DNA of 64,000 nt, taken from positions 42,950 to 106,949 of the forward strand of contig CAVQJJ010000010.1 in NCBI GenBank assembly GCA_963712835.1, written 5' to 3'. Positions 22,187 to 31,401 of this stretch are shown in pieces; positions within the stretch are counted from its first letter, which is position 1; each line of letters begins with the position of its first letter. The translations under genes and the position numbers were made by a program. The notes below the pieces were generated by a model, which worked only from the letters and a program-made list of their open reading frames with translations, did not search any database and was not told the DNA's origin. Source of the DNA: an uncultured Alphaproteobacteria bacterium (GTDB lineage Bacteria > Pseudomonadota > Alphaproteobacteria > ATCC43930 > CGMCC-115725).

Positions 22187-23323
22187 CTACAGGAAATGCC
22201 CGGAGCGGGTTGCCTTGGTGTTGAGGTAGCGTTTGTTATGCCCGTTGGCCGGAAACACATGCGGCACGCGCTCGACGACGTTGATGCCATAGCGCTGCAA
22301 CGCGGCTACCTTGTCCGGGTTGTTGGTGAGGAGCCGCACCGAGGTGAAGCCGAGCTGGCGCAGCATCTCGCCCGCCGGTAGATAGACCCGCTCGTCGGCA
22401 TCGAAGCCGAGCTGCTCGTTGGCGTCGATCGTATCGAACCCGGCATCTTGCAGCTGGTAGGCTCGCAGCTTGTTCACCAGGCCGATGCCCCGGCCCTCCT
22501 GCGCCAGGTAAAGCAGCACCCCACCGCCCGCCGCGGCAATGGCCGTGATCGCGCCTTGCAGCTGCTCGCCGCAATCGCAGCGCAGACTCGCCAGCACATC
22601 GCCGGTAAAGCATTCCGAATGCAGTCGCACTAGAACGCCGCTCTTCGGGTCGGGTGCGCCGATCAGGATCGCGAGATGCTCGGTGCCGCCGTCGCCGGGG
22701 CGGAAGGCGATGAGCCGGGCGTTCTCGGCGCCGGCAAGCGGCACACGCGCCTCGGCGACGCGCTCGAGCCCGGCCGTCGCGGCGCGGCGGTCGAGCACCG
22801 CGTCCATCTCGACCACGGCGAAGTCGGCGCGGCGGCGCGCGAGCGCGGCCTCGGCCGGCACAAGCCACAGCACGAGCGCCGCCGGCAGCAAATCGGCAAG
22901 CTTGGCGAGCGCGACGGCGGCGAGCGCGCCCGGCTCGGCGCTAGCCGGCTGCGGACCCAGCCCCGGCGGCTGCGTGCCGAGCGAGGTCGCGGGGTTGGCG
23001 AGGTTGCGGATCACCGCCGCCGAAAGATCGGACGCGACGGTGATGCGGACCGCCCCCGAAAGCGCATCGCGTGGTGCAAGCCCGAGCGCGACCGCGCGCC
23101 GGCGGGTGACGACGACCGAAAGCCGGCGGCTCGACATGTTGCGCAGCTGAGTGAGGTTGCCGTCCGTCACCAGCTCGGCGGCGACAGCCAGCACGGCGCC
23201 GTTTTCGCCGTCGAGCAGCACCGGCTCGCCGCGCCGGAAGGCGACGATCGCTTTGTCGAGCGCGCGCCGACCGGCCGCGTGCGACGGCTCCGACTCGGAC
23301 GAAACGCTCGCTTTTTCAACCAC
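22187..23323 (-). CDS. ribA: GTP cyclohydrolase II with degenerate N-terminal RibB-like domain
   Basis: C-terminal half has RLHSECFTGDVLASLRCDCGEQL..EGRGIGL..K (GCH II Zn/catalytic motifs). GTG start at 23323. Confidence 0.9.
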   Translation of the reverse strand: MVEKASVSSESEPSHAAGRRALDKAIVAFRRGEPVLLDGENGAVLAVAAELVTDGNLTQLRNMSSRRLSVVVTRRRAVALGLAPRDALSGAVRITVASDLSAAVIRNLANPATSLGTQPPGLGPQPASAEPGALAAVALAKLADLLPAALVLWLVPAEAALARRRADFAVVEMDAVLDRRAATAGLERVAEARVPLAGAENARLIAFRPGDGGTEHLAILIGAPDPKSGVLVRLHSECFTGDVLASLRCDCGEQLQGAITAIAAAGGGVLLYLAQEGRGIGLVNKLRAYQLQDAGFDTIDANEQLGFDADERVYLPAGEMLRQLGFTSVRLLTNNPDKVAALQRYGINVVERVPHVFPANGHNKRYLNTKATRSGHFL

Positions 23324-23630
23324 TCGCGATCCTCCACACGGCGCTCGCGGCCGCGTCGCGGTAAATGATCAGCCCCGGGCCGACGGTGCAAGCGAAACCG
23401 GCTTCCGGCATGGCTGCCGCGCGCCGCCACCGTGGCGATCGGTCGAAAATTGGGTTTTGTCCCGACGCCTGACAAGACGCACGCCGCGATATGGCTGCCA
23501 AAACATCGCGCTTCGGGTAAATTGCCGGTGCGCGCTCGATAGGGGATGCGGCGGTCGCGCGCGACGAATAACCGCGCGAGCGACCAAGCGACGCGCTTGA
23601 GCCAAACGGAAAACGGACTCTAGGGGCTTC

Positions 23631-24320
23631 ATGCAGGCGAACCACAAAATTCTCATCGTCGACGACGATAACGCGCTGCGCCAGTCGCTCGCCGAACAGT
23701 TGGAGCGCGACGGCGAATTCGACGTCGTCGAATGCGAGACCGCGACGACGGCGCTCGCCGCCGTGCAGCACGAGCGCTTCGATGCGATGCTGCTCGATGT
23801 CGGTCTCCCCGACATGGATGGGCGCGATCTTTGCCGCCAATTCCGCCGCGATGCGATAAATGTGCCCATCGTCATGCTCACCGCCGCCGACAGCGACGGC
23901 GATACGGTGCAGGGGCTTGAGGCCGGCGCCAATGACTACGTGACCAAGCCGTTTCGGCTGAACGTGCTGCTGGCGCGGCTGCGAGCGCATCTGCGGCAGA
24001 ACGAGCATCGCGATGACGCGGTGTTCTCCATCGGCCCTTATACATTTCAGCCCGGCGCCAAGCTGATGACCGACCCCGATCGGCGCAAGAAAGTGCGGCT
24101 CACCGAAAAGGAGACGGCGATCCTGCGCTATCTCTACCATGCCGGCGACCGGGCGATCGGCCGCTCGACCCTGCTCGGTGAGGTTTGGGGTTATAATGCC
24201 GGGGTGACGACGCATACGCTCGAAACCCATGTCTACCGTCTGCGCCAGAAGATCGAGCGCGACCCCGCCAAAGCGGAAATCCTGGTGACCGAGCCCGGTG
24301 GCTATCGGCTCAACCCGTGA
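23631..24320 (+). CDS. OmpR/PhoB-family response regulator (orphan, no adjacent kinase)
   Basis: ILIVDDD..LLDVGLPDMDG..MLTA..KPF receiver motifs, plus the winged-helix segment LTEKETAILRYL..TLETHVYRLRQKI. Confidence 0.9.
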   Translation: MQANHKILIVDDDNALRQSLAEQLERDGEFDVVECETATTALAAVQHERFDAMLLDVGLPDMDGRDLCRQFRRDAINVPIVMLTAADSDGDTVQGLEAGANDYVTKPFRLNVLLARLRAHLRQNEHRDDAVFSIGPYTFQPGAKLMTDPDRRKKVRLTEKETAILRYLYHAGDRAIGRSTLLGEVWGYNAGVTTHTLETHVYRLRQKIERDPAKAEILVTEPGGYRLNP

Positions 24321-25255
24321 CCGGGCACGCCTCTGCCGGCGCCTCCGACCTGATCATCTGCAGCGCCGCCGATAGCGGCTACTTTCCGCTGCTGCGCGAT
24401 GCCGTGCTCTCCGTGCGCGCGCTTGATCCGGAAGTGTCGATCGGCGTGCTCGATCTGGGACTGCGGCCGGAACAGTCGGACTGGCTGGCGGCGATGCGCG
24501 TCCGGGTCGTGCATCCCGGCTGGGATGTCGAGTTCCCCGGCCGCGAGCGCATGCCGGAAACCTTCAAGGCCCAGGTCGCGCGGCCGTTCCTGCCAAAGCA
24601 CTTCCCGGCCAACGATACGTATTTCTGGCTCGACGCCGATGCCTGGCTCCAGGACTGGCGCGCGGTCGAGACGTATGTCGCCGCGGCTGGTCGGGACCAA
24701 ATCGCGATCTCGCTGGAGATCGACCGCGCCTATAAGCGCCACTACAAGCGGCCGAAGCTGCTCGGCTTTACGCTGGCGTGGAAATGCTATCGCGAGGCCT
24801 TCGGCTGGCGGGTCGCCGACCGGCTGGGCCGCAATCCGATCGCCAATGTCGGCGTCTTTGCCTTGCACCGCGACGCCCCGCACTGGGCGCATTGGGCGCG
24901 CGTCATGACGCAGGTGCTGCAGCGCACCCGGTTCTTCTTCGCCGAGCAGATCGCCCTCAATTACGCGATCTTCGGCGATGGGCTGCCTGCCAATTTTCTG
25001 CCTGCCTATTGCAATTGGGCGGTCGGCGACGCCGCGCCGGCTTTCGACGCGGCACGCGGGCTGTTTGTCGAGCCCTACGCGCCGCATGAGGTGCTCGGCG
25101 TCGTCCATCTCGCCGGCAGCGAGCAGAAGAACAAGATTTTTCGCCTGGACCGGCTTGACGGCGGGACGGTGGAAACCTCGCTGCGTTACAGCGAAAGCCG
25201 CGTGCTCTGCGCCGCGGGCGAGACGGTCAGCGAGGCCGAGCGCGCCGCTTCCTGA
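24317..25255 (+). CDS. putative nucleotide-diphospho-sugar glycosyltransferase (GT8-like)
   Basis: 312 aa. IICSAADSGYFPLL and a DxD-type motif in WLDADAW. The GTG start overlaps the response regulator stop (GTGA). Confidence 0.55.
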   Translation: MTGHASAGASDLIICSAADSGYFPLLRDAVLSVRALDPEVSIGVLDLGLRPEQSDWLAAMRVRVVHPGWDVEFPGRERMPETFKAQVARPFLPKHFPANDTYFWLDADAWLQDWRAVETYVAAAGRDQIAISLEIDRAYKRHYKRPKLLGFTLAWKCYREAFGWRVADRLGRNPIANVGVFALHRDAPHWAHWARVMTQVLQRTRFFFAEQIALNYAIFGDGLPANFLPAYCNWAVGDAAPAFDAARGLFVEPYAPHEVLGVVHLAGSEQKNKIFRLDRLDGGTVETSLRYSESRVLCAAGETVSEAERAAS

Positions 25256-26033
25256 GGCTGCGCCGCCAGCGCGCCAGATGGCGGTGGCGATGCGTCCAGA
25301 CCGCATTGGCGATCACCGCCAGCGCTGCGTCCGAGGCGACGAACGGCGCGATGTCCTCGATCGCCAATGGCGCGAGCGCCGGATCGTAGGCGATGGCCAT
25401 GCCCGACGTGGTGCCGTGCAGCAATTGCCACCGCAGCCCGCTTTCCGAGGCGATGCGGTCGAGGCCGGCGCTCAGGTTGAACGTCGCGACATCGTGGAAC
25501 AGGTAGACGCAGCCGGGCGCCGCATGGGCTCGCACCGCGTGGAAATCGAGCGGTAATTGCTCGACCGAATGATACCCGTCGATAAACGCGAACTCGATCG
25601 GCGGCATTGCCGCCTCGCCAAGGATGCGCGACACGTCCTCCGGCGACTTGCCGATAACCGCGCGCAGGGCCAGACCCTCTTCCTCAGCGACGCGGTTGGT
25701 GAAGTCGATGCCGTCGCGCGAGAAACGGTCGAAGCCCGCATCGATTGCCAGCACGCGGCCCTCCGGGTTCGCGAGCGCGATGGCCAGCGTGCTCCATCCG
25801 AGCGAGTTGCCGATCACGAACGCCGATTTCGGGTGGAAGCGGACGAACAGGCATTCGAGGAAATAGACTTCCTGCAGCGCGATCCCGAGCCCGTTGGTGA
25901 GGCTCTGGCCGTCCCTCAGGAACCAGGTGAACGGCGCGGATGGGAGGTTACCGAAATGGCTGGGGTTGAGGCCAGTGGCGATGTCGATGCCGCGGCTTTG
26001 GTAAAGCGAAACGAGGTGGGCCAGGATCGGCAT
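25227..26033 (-). CDS. class I SAM-dependent methyltransferase (O-MT family 3 / Methyltransf_24-like)
   Basis: 268 aa. VIGNSLGWSTLAIA..VLAIDAG..FAFIDGYH resembles SAM-binding motifs I and post-I. It starts 4 nt downstream of the GT39 stop. Confidence 0.6.
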   Translation of the reverse strand: MPILAHLVSLYQSRGIDIATGLNPSHFGNLPSAPFTWFLRDGQSLTNGLGIALQEVYFLECLFVRFHPKSAFVIGNSLGWSTLAIALANPEGRVLAIDAGFDRFSRDGIDFTNRVAEEEGLALRAVIGKSPEDVSRILGEAAMPPIEFAFIDGYHSVEQLPLDFHAVRAHAAPGCVYLFHDVATFNLSAGLDRIASESGLRWQLLHGTTSGMAIAYDPALAPLAIEDIAPFVASDAALAVIANAVWTHRHRHLARWRRSLRKRRARPR

Positions 26034-26037
26034 CGCC

Positions 26038-27558
26038 TCAGTTGCCGGCGAGCGGGCCGCGATAGTCGCGGGCGATATAGAGCGTGTAGACCTGGCCGCC
26101 GTTCGGCCCCGATTTGGTGTCGATTGTCGTCAATTCGGTGAACTCGCCGAAATCCTTCCGCATCTGGTCGGAAAGGTTGTGCACGGTCACGGCCAGGAAA
26201 TTTTCACCGCGATGCCGGCTGAGGCTGTTTTCGAGATCCCACTGGTTGCTGACGCCGGGGACAGGGTCCCAGATCACCGCGTCGAATGGGTGCGGGTGCA
26301 CATAGTAGATCAGCGCCGCCACGATCTCGCGGTCGTCGGTCATCAGCCGCAATCCCGGATGGGCGGCAAGTTGCGCGGCGACGGCGTCGCCGAGATGGCG
26401 CCAGCCGCGCAGTCGGTGCAGCGGGTCAAATTTCGCTGGGACGTGCAGACCCTCGCTCGCGATCACCTCGCTGCCGCCGAACAGCGCGATCGCGGCGCCC
26501 AGATGCAGCGCGATCGAGAAGATCACCGTGCGCCGCCAGCCGTAGCGCAACGCCGCTTCGACGACGAGGATCACCGCCGAGACATAGGCTGGCGCCGCCC
26601 AATTCGGCTGGGCGCGCGATAAGAGGCTGACGACCGCGATGATGGCGAGCGACGGCCAGGCGAATGCCGTGAGAAGCCGCGCCGGCGGCCCGCCGAACCG
26701 CGTCGGCGCGGCGAACAACAAGAGCATCGCGGCGAAGTAGATCGGCCCGAACACGCCGAGCTGCGACAGCACGAAATAGCCGAGCTCGCCCGGGTGAAAC
26801 AGCGTGCCGCTCAGATCGGCATTGTCGCGGGTGTGCAGATAGGTCGCGAAATGGTGGCTCCAATTCCACCACACATTCGGCGCGACGATCAGCGCCGCGA
26901 TGCCAAGCGCGATGAGGAGCCCGCGCAGATACCGCCGTTCGCTCGGCCGCAGCAGCGCGAACCAGAACGCCGAAAGCAGCCAATAGGCCATCGCGTATTT
27001 GGCGAGCAGGCCGAGCCCGATCGCGCAGCCAGCCGCGATCCACCAGCCAATGCCGTCTTCCTCGCGCCCTCGGATAAAAGCGTAGAGCGCCGCCGCCCAG
27101 CACGGCAGCAAAACCGCGTCGGTCGAGATCAGAAATGCGGACAGCGAGACGCCGGGCAGCGTCACATAGGCGAGCGCCGACCAGTAACCAATCCGCCGGT
27201 CGTAAAGCCGCGCGGCGATGCCGTAGACAAATCCCGACGCGACGGCATGAAGCAGCGGCGCCGACAGCCGCACCGCGAACTCGCCATTGCCGAAGATCGC
27301 GGTGGTCAGCGCGATCAGCCAGGCGACGAGCGGCGGCTTCGAGTAGTAGCCGAAGGCGAGGTGCCGTGACCAGAACCAGTACTGCGCCTCGTCGGGATAG
27401 AGGCCGGCGGACTGGAACGCGAGCCAGAGCAGCCGCGCCGCGGTAATCGCCAAAATCGCCCAGGTCGCCATCGCGCCATAGGACGGCGAAACAACGCCGG
27501 GAGCGGGGATGGCCGGGCGCGTGGTCACGGGGGTTTGAACGGGCGCGTTTGATGTCAA
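26038..27558 (-). CDS. glycosyltransferase family 39/83 membrane protein (ArnT/PMT-like)
   Basis: 506 aa, polytopic. LYPDEAQYWFWSRHLAFGYYSKPPLVAWL is the first-loop DE motif region typical of ArnT/PMT_2 enzymes. Confidence 0.8.
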   Translation of the reverse strand: MTSNAPVQTPVTTRPAIPAPGVVSPSYGAMATWAILAITAARLLWLAFQSAGLYPDEAQYWFWSRHLAFGYYSKPPLVAWLIALTTAIFGNGEFAVRLSAPLLHAVASGFVYGIAARLYDRRIGYWSALAYVTLPGVSLSAFLISTDAVLLPCWAAALYAFIRGREEDGIGWWIAAGCAIGLGLLAKYAMAYWLLSAFWFALLRPSERRYLRGLLIALGIAALIVAPNVWWNWSHHFATYLHTRDNADLSGTLFHPGELGYFVLSQLGVFGPIYFAAMLLLFAAPTRFGGPPARLLTAFAWPSLAIIAVVSLLSRAQPNWAAPAYVSAVILVVEAALRYGWRRTVIFSIALHLGAAIALFGGSEVIASEGLHVPAKFDPLHRLRGWRHLGDAVAAQLAAHPGLRLMTDDREIVAALIYYVHPHPFDAVIWDPVPGVSNQWDLENSLSRHRGENFLAVTVHNLSDQMRKDFGEFTELTTIDTKSGPNGGQVYTLYIARDYRGPLAGN

Positions 27559-27631
27559 CGGATTTTCGACTTCGTGTTATCCGATTGATTGGCTAGCTTG
27601 TCGCCCTCACGACGCGAACGGGAGGGATAGC

Positions 27632-28054
27632 ATGAACAAGACGACATTGGTCGCGGCGAGCCTGCTGGCGACCGCATTGGCCTGGAGCTATGCGCAAGCC
27701 GCGAGCGAGACCTTCACCGGCACGCTGAGCAACGCGGCCGAGGTGCCTCCAACCACGGGCAGCGGCAGTGGCACGGCGCAAGTGACGCTCGATACGGCAA
27801 CCAAGGAGATCACCTACAAGGTCACCTATAGCGGGCTCAGTGGCCCGGCCGCCGCGGCGCACATCCATTGCGGCGCCGCCGCCGGCGCGAATGCCGGCGT
27901 CGCCGTGCCGTTCAAGGATGCGGCCAGCCCGATCACCGGCAGCGCAAAGCTGACCGATGCGCAGGCGGCCGATCTCGAGGCCGGCAAGTGCTACGTCAAT
28001 GTCCATACGGCGGCCAACAAGGGCGGCGAGCTCCGCGCGCAGCTGCAGAAGTAG
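27632..28054 (+). CDS. secreted CHRD domain protein
   Basis: 140 aa with a signal peptide. LSNAAEVPPTTGSGSGTAQVTLD..AAHIHCGAAG..YVNVHT is the CHRD pattern. Confidence 0.85.
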   Translation: MNKTTLVAASLLATALAWSYAQAASETFTGTLSNAAEVPPTTGSGSGTAQVTLDTATKEITYKVTYSGLSGPAAAAHIHCGAAAGANAGVAVPFKDAASPITGSAKLTDAQAADLEAGKCYVNVHTAANKGGELRAQLQK

Positions 28055-28063
28055 CATAAGGGG

Positions 28064-28678
28064 TCATCGCGGCGCGCGCAGTTGCGCGCCGCTCGGCGGC
28101 GGAGGACAGAGGCCTTTGTCCTCCGCTGGCGGACTGATGCGCACCAAGAGCTGCGCGGTGAGGCCGCAAGCCGGCGAATAGCAGCCGTTGAGCGCTTCGA
28201 GCGTGGTGTCGCGAAAAATCGCGCGGATCACCGCGCCGTCCGGCTTCCAGACATATTCGGCGGCGCCTTGGTAACCGGTCGTCGGGTCCGGCAGCGTGCC
28301 GCAATACCGGGCCGGTGCGCCGTACTCGTCATCGAGCGCCGCCAAGACGCCGCGAAATGCGCCGGCATTCACCATGTGGCGCGGACGCTCCAGCTGGATG
28401 CGCTTCAACCCCTGCCTCGCCTTGTCGATCTGGTAGTAGGCGATGAGCGCAAATCCGCCGACCGCCACGCCGCGCACGGCCAGCGGCGCGTAGCTGTCAC
28501 CGAAATCGATCGGCTCCGGCAGCGCGAAACCGCGCGCGCCGAAATGGCGTTGCAGCTCTTCCGGCAACTCGCCCCAGTGCGTCCCGCTCCAGGCACCGTC
28601 GAGCCCGCTGGCTCGCGTCGCTCCGCAGAGCATCGTCGACAGAGCCAGCATGGCGAGGATCGCGGCGCGCGCGCTCAA
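28064..28678 (-). CDS. hypothetical secreted protein
   Basis: Signal-like SARAAILAMLALSTMLCGATRA. The TTG at 28678 overlaps the upstream stop (TTGA); an alternative ATG is at 28651. No family recognised. Confidence 0.45.
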   Translation of the reverse strand: MSARAAILAMLALSTMLCGATRASGLDGAWSGTHWGELPEELQRHFGARGFALPEPIDFGDSYAPLAVRGVAVGGFALIAYYQIDKARQGLKRIQLERPRHMVNAGAFRGVLAALDDEYGAPARYCGTLPDPTTGYQGAAEYVWKPDGAVIRAIFRDTTLEALNGCYSPACGLTAQLLVRISPPAEDKGLCPPPPSGAQLRAPR

Positions 28679-29412
28679 AACTGCAGCGGCAGATCGCGCA
28701 CCGCCGCACCGAACGAGGCCTGCGGATGCGACGGCAAATCGTCCTCCTGGCGCTCTCGCCGCTCGACGCAGCCCTTGGTGTCGTCGAACACGCGGCGCCA
28801 GTTTTCGGCGTGGGGGAGCGCACCGAGTAGGCAAGCGTCGTAATCGGTGTAGGTGCGGTCGGCCGCGCAGCCGAAAGACGGGCGGTCGGCGCGCGCGGCG
28901 GTCAGGATGATCCGGTTCGCCGCGGCCATGCCGCGCGCGAACGAGCCGCTATAGCAGGCCGACACGACAACAATCGTCGGCGCCGCGCCGCAACCCGCCG
29001 ACAGCGCGCGCGCCAGCGGCGCCGGCTGCAGCAGCTGATCGCGGCGCGCCAGGTAAACACCGCCGCCATGCGCGCCATGCGAGGTGATGAAGACGAAACA
29101 GCCCTCGCCGGGGCCGCCGTGCAGGCTGGCGATGCGCCGCAGCACACGCTCCAGCGTCGCCGGCTCGATCGACGGATCGCGCGTCCCGGCGCTGGCGGCA
29201 AGACGATGGACGTCGCCGCGGGCGACGCCATGCTCGACGAGCCACATATCCATGGCTTTGACTGCATTGTCAAAGACCGGCTGCGCGGTGTCTCCGGCGA
29301 CCAGCACGACCTGCCAGTGCTCCACCGTCGGCGCGTCGATCGGCTTGGCGGCCATACACGAGACGGCGACAAGGGCGGCGACGCAAAACCGGGCAATGAG
29401 GCGTTGGCACAT
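28675..29412 (-). CDS. peptidase C13 (legumain-like, clan CD) family protein, secreted
   Basis: His-Cys dyad context FITSHGAHGG and VVSACYSGSF (compare legumain DHG / EACESGS). N-terminal signal MCQRLIARFCVAALVAVSCMA from ATG 29412. Confidence 0.65.
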   Translation of the reverse strand: MCQRLIARFCVAALVAVSCMAAKPIDAPTVEHWQVVLVAGDTAQPVFDNAVKAMDMWLVEHGVARGDVHRLAASAGTRDPSIEPATLERVLRRIASLHGGPGEGCFVFITSHGAHGGGVYLARRDQLLQPAPLARALSAGCGAAPTIVVVSACYSGSFARGMAAANRIILTAARADRPSFGCAADRTYTDYDACLLGALPHAENWRRVFDDTKGCVERRERQEDDLPSHPQASFGAAVRDLPLQF

Positions 29413-29558
29413 GAAACGGGTCTTTTGCGACGGCGGGTTGTTCGAGCGCCGGTTGTTAGATTGACGGCGCACGGCTTACAAGGCGCCCGCAATGTGGCAC
29501 TGTTTCGGCAATCGCGTCCAATAGCGCGCCGTTGAGGTTGAAACGCGAAGGTGACGAC

Positions 29559-29912
29559 ATGGCCTCAGTCCTTGCCGAGAAGGCGTGCACCCCATGCCGC
29601 GGCGGCATCCCGCCGCTGAGCCGCGACGAGGCGGTGTATTTTAACGAGCAGACGCCCGATTGGGATCTTGCCGACGGGGCATCGCGAATCGAACGAACCT
29701 ACCATTTCAAGAATTTTCGCGAGGCCTTTGCCTTTGTCGAGCGTGCCGCGGCCCTCGCCGAGGCGGAAAGCCACCATCCCGACATTGGTTTTGGCTGGGG
29801 CTTCGCGACGATCTCGCTGCGCACCAAGAAGATCAAAGGCCTGCACGAAAACGATTTCATCATGGCGGCAAAACTCGACCGCATCGCCGCGGAGAATCCG
29901 GCCACGCACTGA
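29559..29912 (+). CDS. phhB: 4a-hydroxytetrahydrobiopterin dehydratase (pterin-4-alpha-carbinolamine dehydratase)
   Basis: 117 aa. FKNFREAFAFV..AEAESHHPD..L.T are PCD motifs. Confidence 0.88.
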   Translation: MASVLAEKACTPCRGGIPPLSRDEAVYFNEQTPDWDLADGASRIERTYHFKNFREAFAFVERAAALAEAESHHPDIGFGWGFATISLRTKKIKGLHENDFIMAAKLDRIAAENPATH

Positions 29913-29923
29913 CAGGGGAAACC

Positions 29924-30493
29924 ATGTTCGATTTCGACCGTGTCAAACGCCTGGAAAGGCCGAAAGGACTGCCGTTTCAGATCGGCAAGATCGGCCATAT
30001 CGTCATCAATGTGCGGGACGTCGCGAAATCAGCTGAGTTCTACACGCAAATCCTCGGCTTTCAGATATCCGACGTCTATCCCGACGAGATGGTGCCGGGT
30101 GGCATGGTGTTCATGCGCTGCAACCCCGATCATCACGGCATTGCGCTGGTCGGCTCGATGGACGAGGCGGCGCCCAATATCGAGCTCAACCACATCGCCT
30201 TCGAGGTGCCGAGCCTCGACGACGTGATCCGCGCCCGCGATCATCTTCAGCGGCACCAGGTGCCGATTGATTTCGCCGGGCGGCGGCGCGCCGGCTGCCA
30301 GATCGCGGTCGAGTTCCGCGACCCGGACAACCATCGCCTCGAAATCTACTGGGGCATCGATCAGATCGGCAGCGAGGGCAAGGCTCGCTCGCCGGCGGAA
30401 TGGGACGGCAAACCGTCGATCGAGGCGGCGATCGCCGCGCCGGTGCCCGGGCAGGATCTGACGGTCCGCGATCCCGCTCTGCTCAAGTCTTAG
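29924..30493 (+). CDS. VOC-family (glyoxalase/bleomycin resistance/extradiol dioxygenase) protein
   Basis: [48 protein letters not shown] 29924 is preceded by AGGGGAA. Confidence 0.8.
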   Translation: MFDFDRVKRLERPKGLPFQIGKIGHIVINVRDVAKSAEFYTQILGFQISDVYPDEMVPGGMVFMRCNPDHHGIALVGSMDEAAPNIELNHIAFEVPSLDDVIRARDHLQRHQVPIDFAGRRRAGCQIAVEFRDPDNHRLEIYWGIDQIGSEGKARSPAEWDGKPSIEAAIAAPVPGQDLTVRDPALLKS

Positions 30494-30905
30494 TCTCGCC
30501 TCTTTCCTTCAGCAGATCGCGGATTTCTTCGAGCAGCTGTTCGGTCTTGCTTGCGGCCGGTGCGGACGGCGCGATGTTGATTTTCATCCGGTTGATCTGC
30601 TTGATGAGGAGGAAGACCGCAAAAGCGACGATCACGAACTTGATGATCGCATTGATGAACAGCCCGTAGTTGATCGTCACCGCACCCGCCGCCTTTGCCG
30701 CCGCGACGGTGGGGTATGACGCACCCTTGATGGTGACGAAGAAATCGCTGAAGTCGATGCCGCCGAGCAGGAGACCGATCGGCGGCATGACGATGTCGTT
30801 GACCAGCGAGTTGACAATCACCGTGAACGCCGCGCCCAAGATGAGACCGACGGCCAAATCGACGACATTGCCGCGAACCGCGAAGTCCCGAAATTCGCGC
30901 CACAT
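30483..30905 (-). CDS. mscL: large-conductance mechanosensitive channel
   Basis: [27 protein letters not shown] is the canonical MscL N-terminus. 140 aa; the rest of the 408-aa track ORF is spurious. Confidence 0.93.
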   Translation of the reverse strand: MWREFRDFAVRGNVVDLAVGLILGAAFTVIVNSLVNDIVMPPIGLLLGGIDFSDFFVTIKGASYPTVAAAKAAGAVTINYGLFINAIIKFVIVAFAVFLLIKQINRMKINIAPSAPAASKTEQLLEEIRDLLKERGETKT

Positions 30906-31022
30906 GGTTTTCCCCGTGTGGTTGCCCCAGGCGCCCGATAGCGCCGCTGATAGTATAGCATCATCGCCGCGGCGGTTTGATCGGTTGCGGCGAACCGGGT
31001 GGCTCGGGCATCTTCGCGCGCG

Positions 31023-31394
31023 ATGAAAAATACCGATCGCTATACCGTCGTCGTCCGCGGCCTCGTTGTGATGTGCAGTATCGGCATCCTGCCCGAGGAA
31101 CAGCATTCGCACCAACGTGTGCGCGTCTCGGTCGAGCTGACAGCGCCGGACGGCGCGCCGTTTCCGGGCGAGAATCGGCGGCGTGTGATCAATTATGAGA
31201 AGGTCGTGGCGGCGATCCGCGCTATCGCCGGCAGCGGGCACATCGATTTGTGCGAGGGCTTCGCCGAGAAGGTTGCGGAAGCCTGTTTTGCCGACCCGCG
31301 GGTCGCCCACGTGCGAATCACCGTCGAGAAGCTCGATGTGTTTCCCGATGCGGAGGGGGTCGGTGCGATCCTCGAACGCCACCGTTCCGGCTGA
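31023..31394 (+). CDS. folB: dihydroneopterin aldolase
   Basis: 123 aa. Size, the GILPEEQ..QRV.V segment and its position directly upstream of folP support the call. The start could also be at 30999. Confidence 0.75.
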   Translation: MKNTDRYTVVVRGLVVMCSIGILPEEQHSHQRVRVSVELTAPDGAPFPGENRRRVINYEKVVAAIRAIAGSGHIDLCEGFAEKVAEACFADPRVAHVRITVEKLDVFPDAEGVGAILERHRSG

Positions 31395-31401
31395 GCCGCG
31401 A

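Noticed and set aside
23324-23630. Possible FMN (RFN) riboswitch in the 307-nt gap upstream of ribA. Fragments such as CTTCGGGTAAATTGCCGGTG and GCCGACGGT caught my eye.
   Set aside because: The fragments are on the plus strand while ribA is on the minus strand. They are also in the wrong order relative to the RFN consensus, and the conserved GGGTGAAATTCCC / AGTCCGGATG elements are absent. A cmsearch would settle it.
23316-24230. 304-aa minus-strand ORF overlapping the ribA upstream region and the response regulator gene.
   Set aside because: It is antisense to a clear OmpR-family regulator (receiver and winged-helix motifs), and its own translation has no motifs.
30906-31022. Possible folate (THF/folE-motif) riboswitch or structured leader upstream of folB-folP. 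Small hairpins are GGCGC..GCGCC (about 30930-30945) and CGCCGC..GCGGCG (about 30965-30992).
   Set aside because: There are only short GC stems of the kind expected by chance in GC-rich DNA, and I cannot reproduce any riboswitch consensus from memory. It needs a covariance-model search before being claimed.
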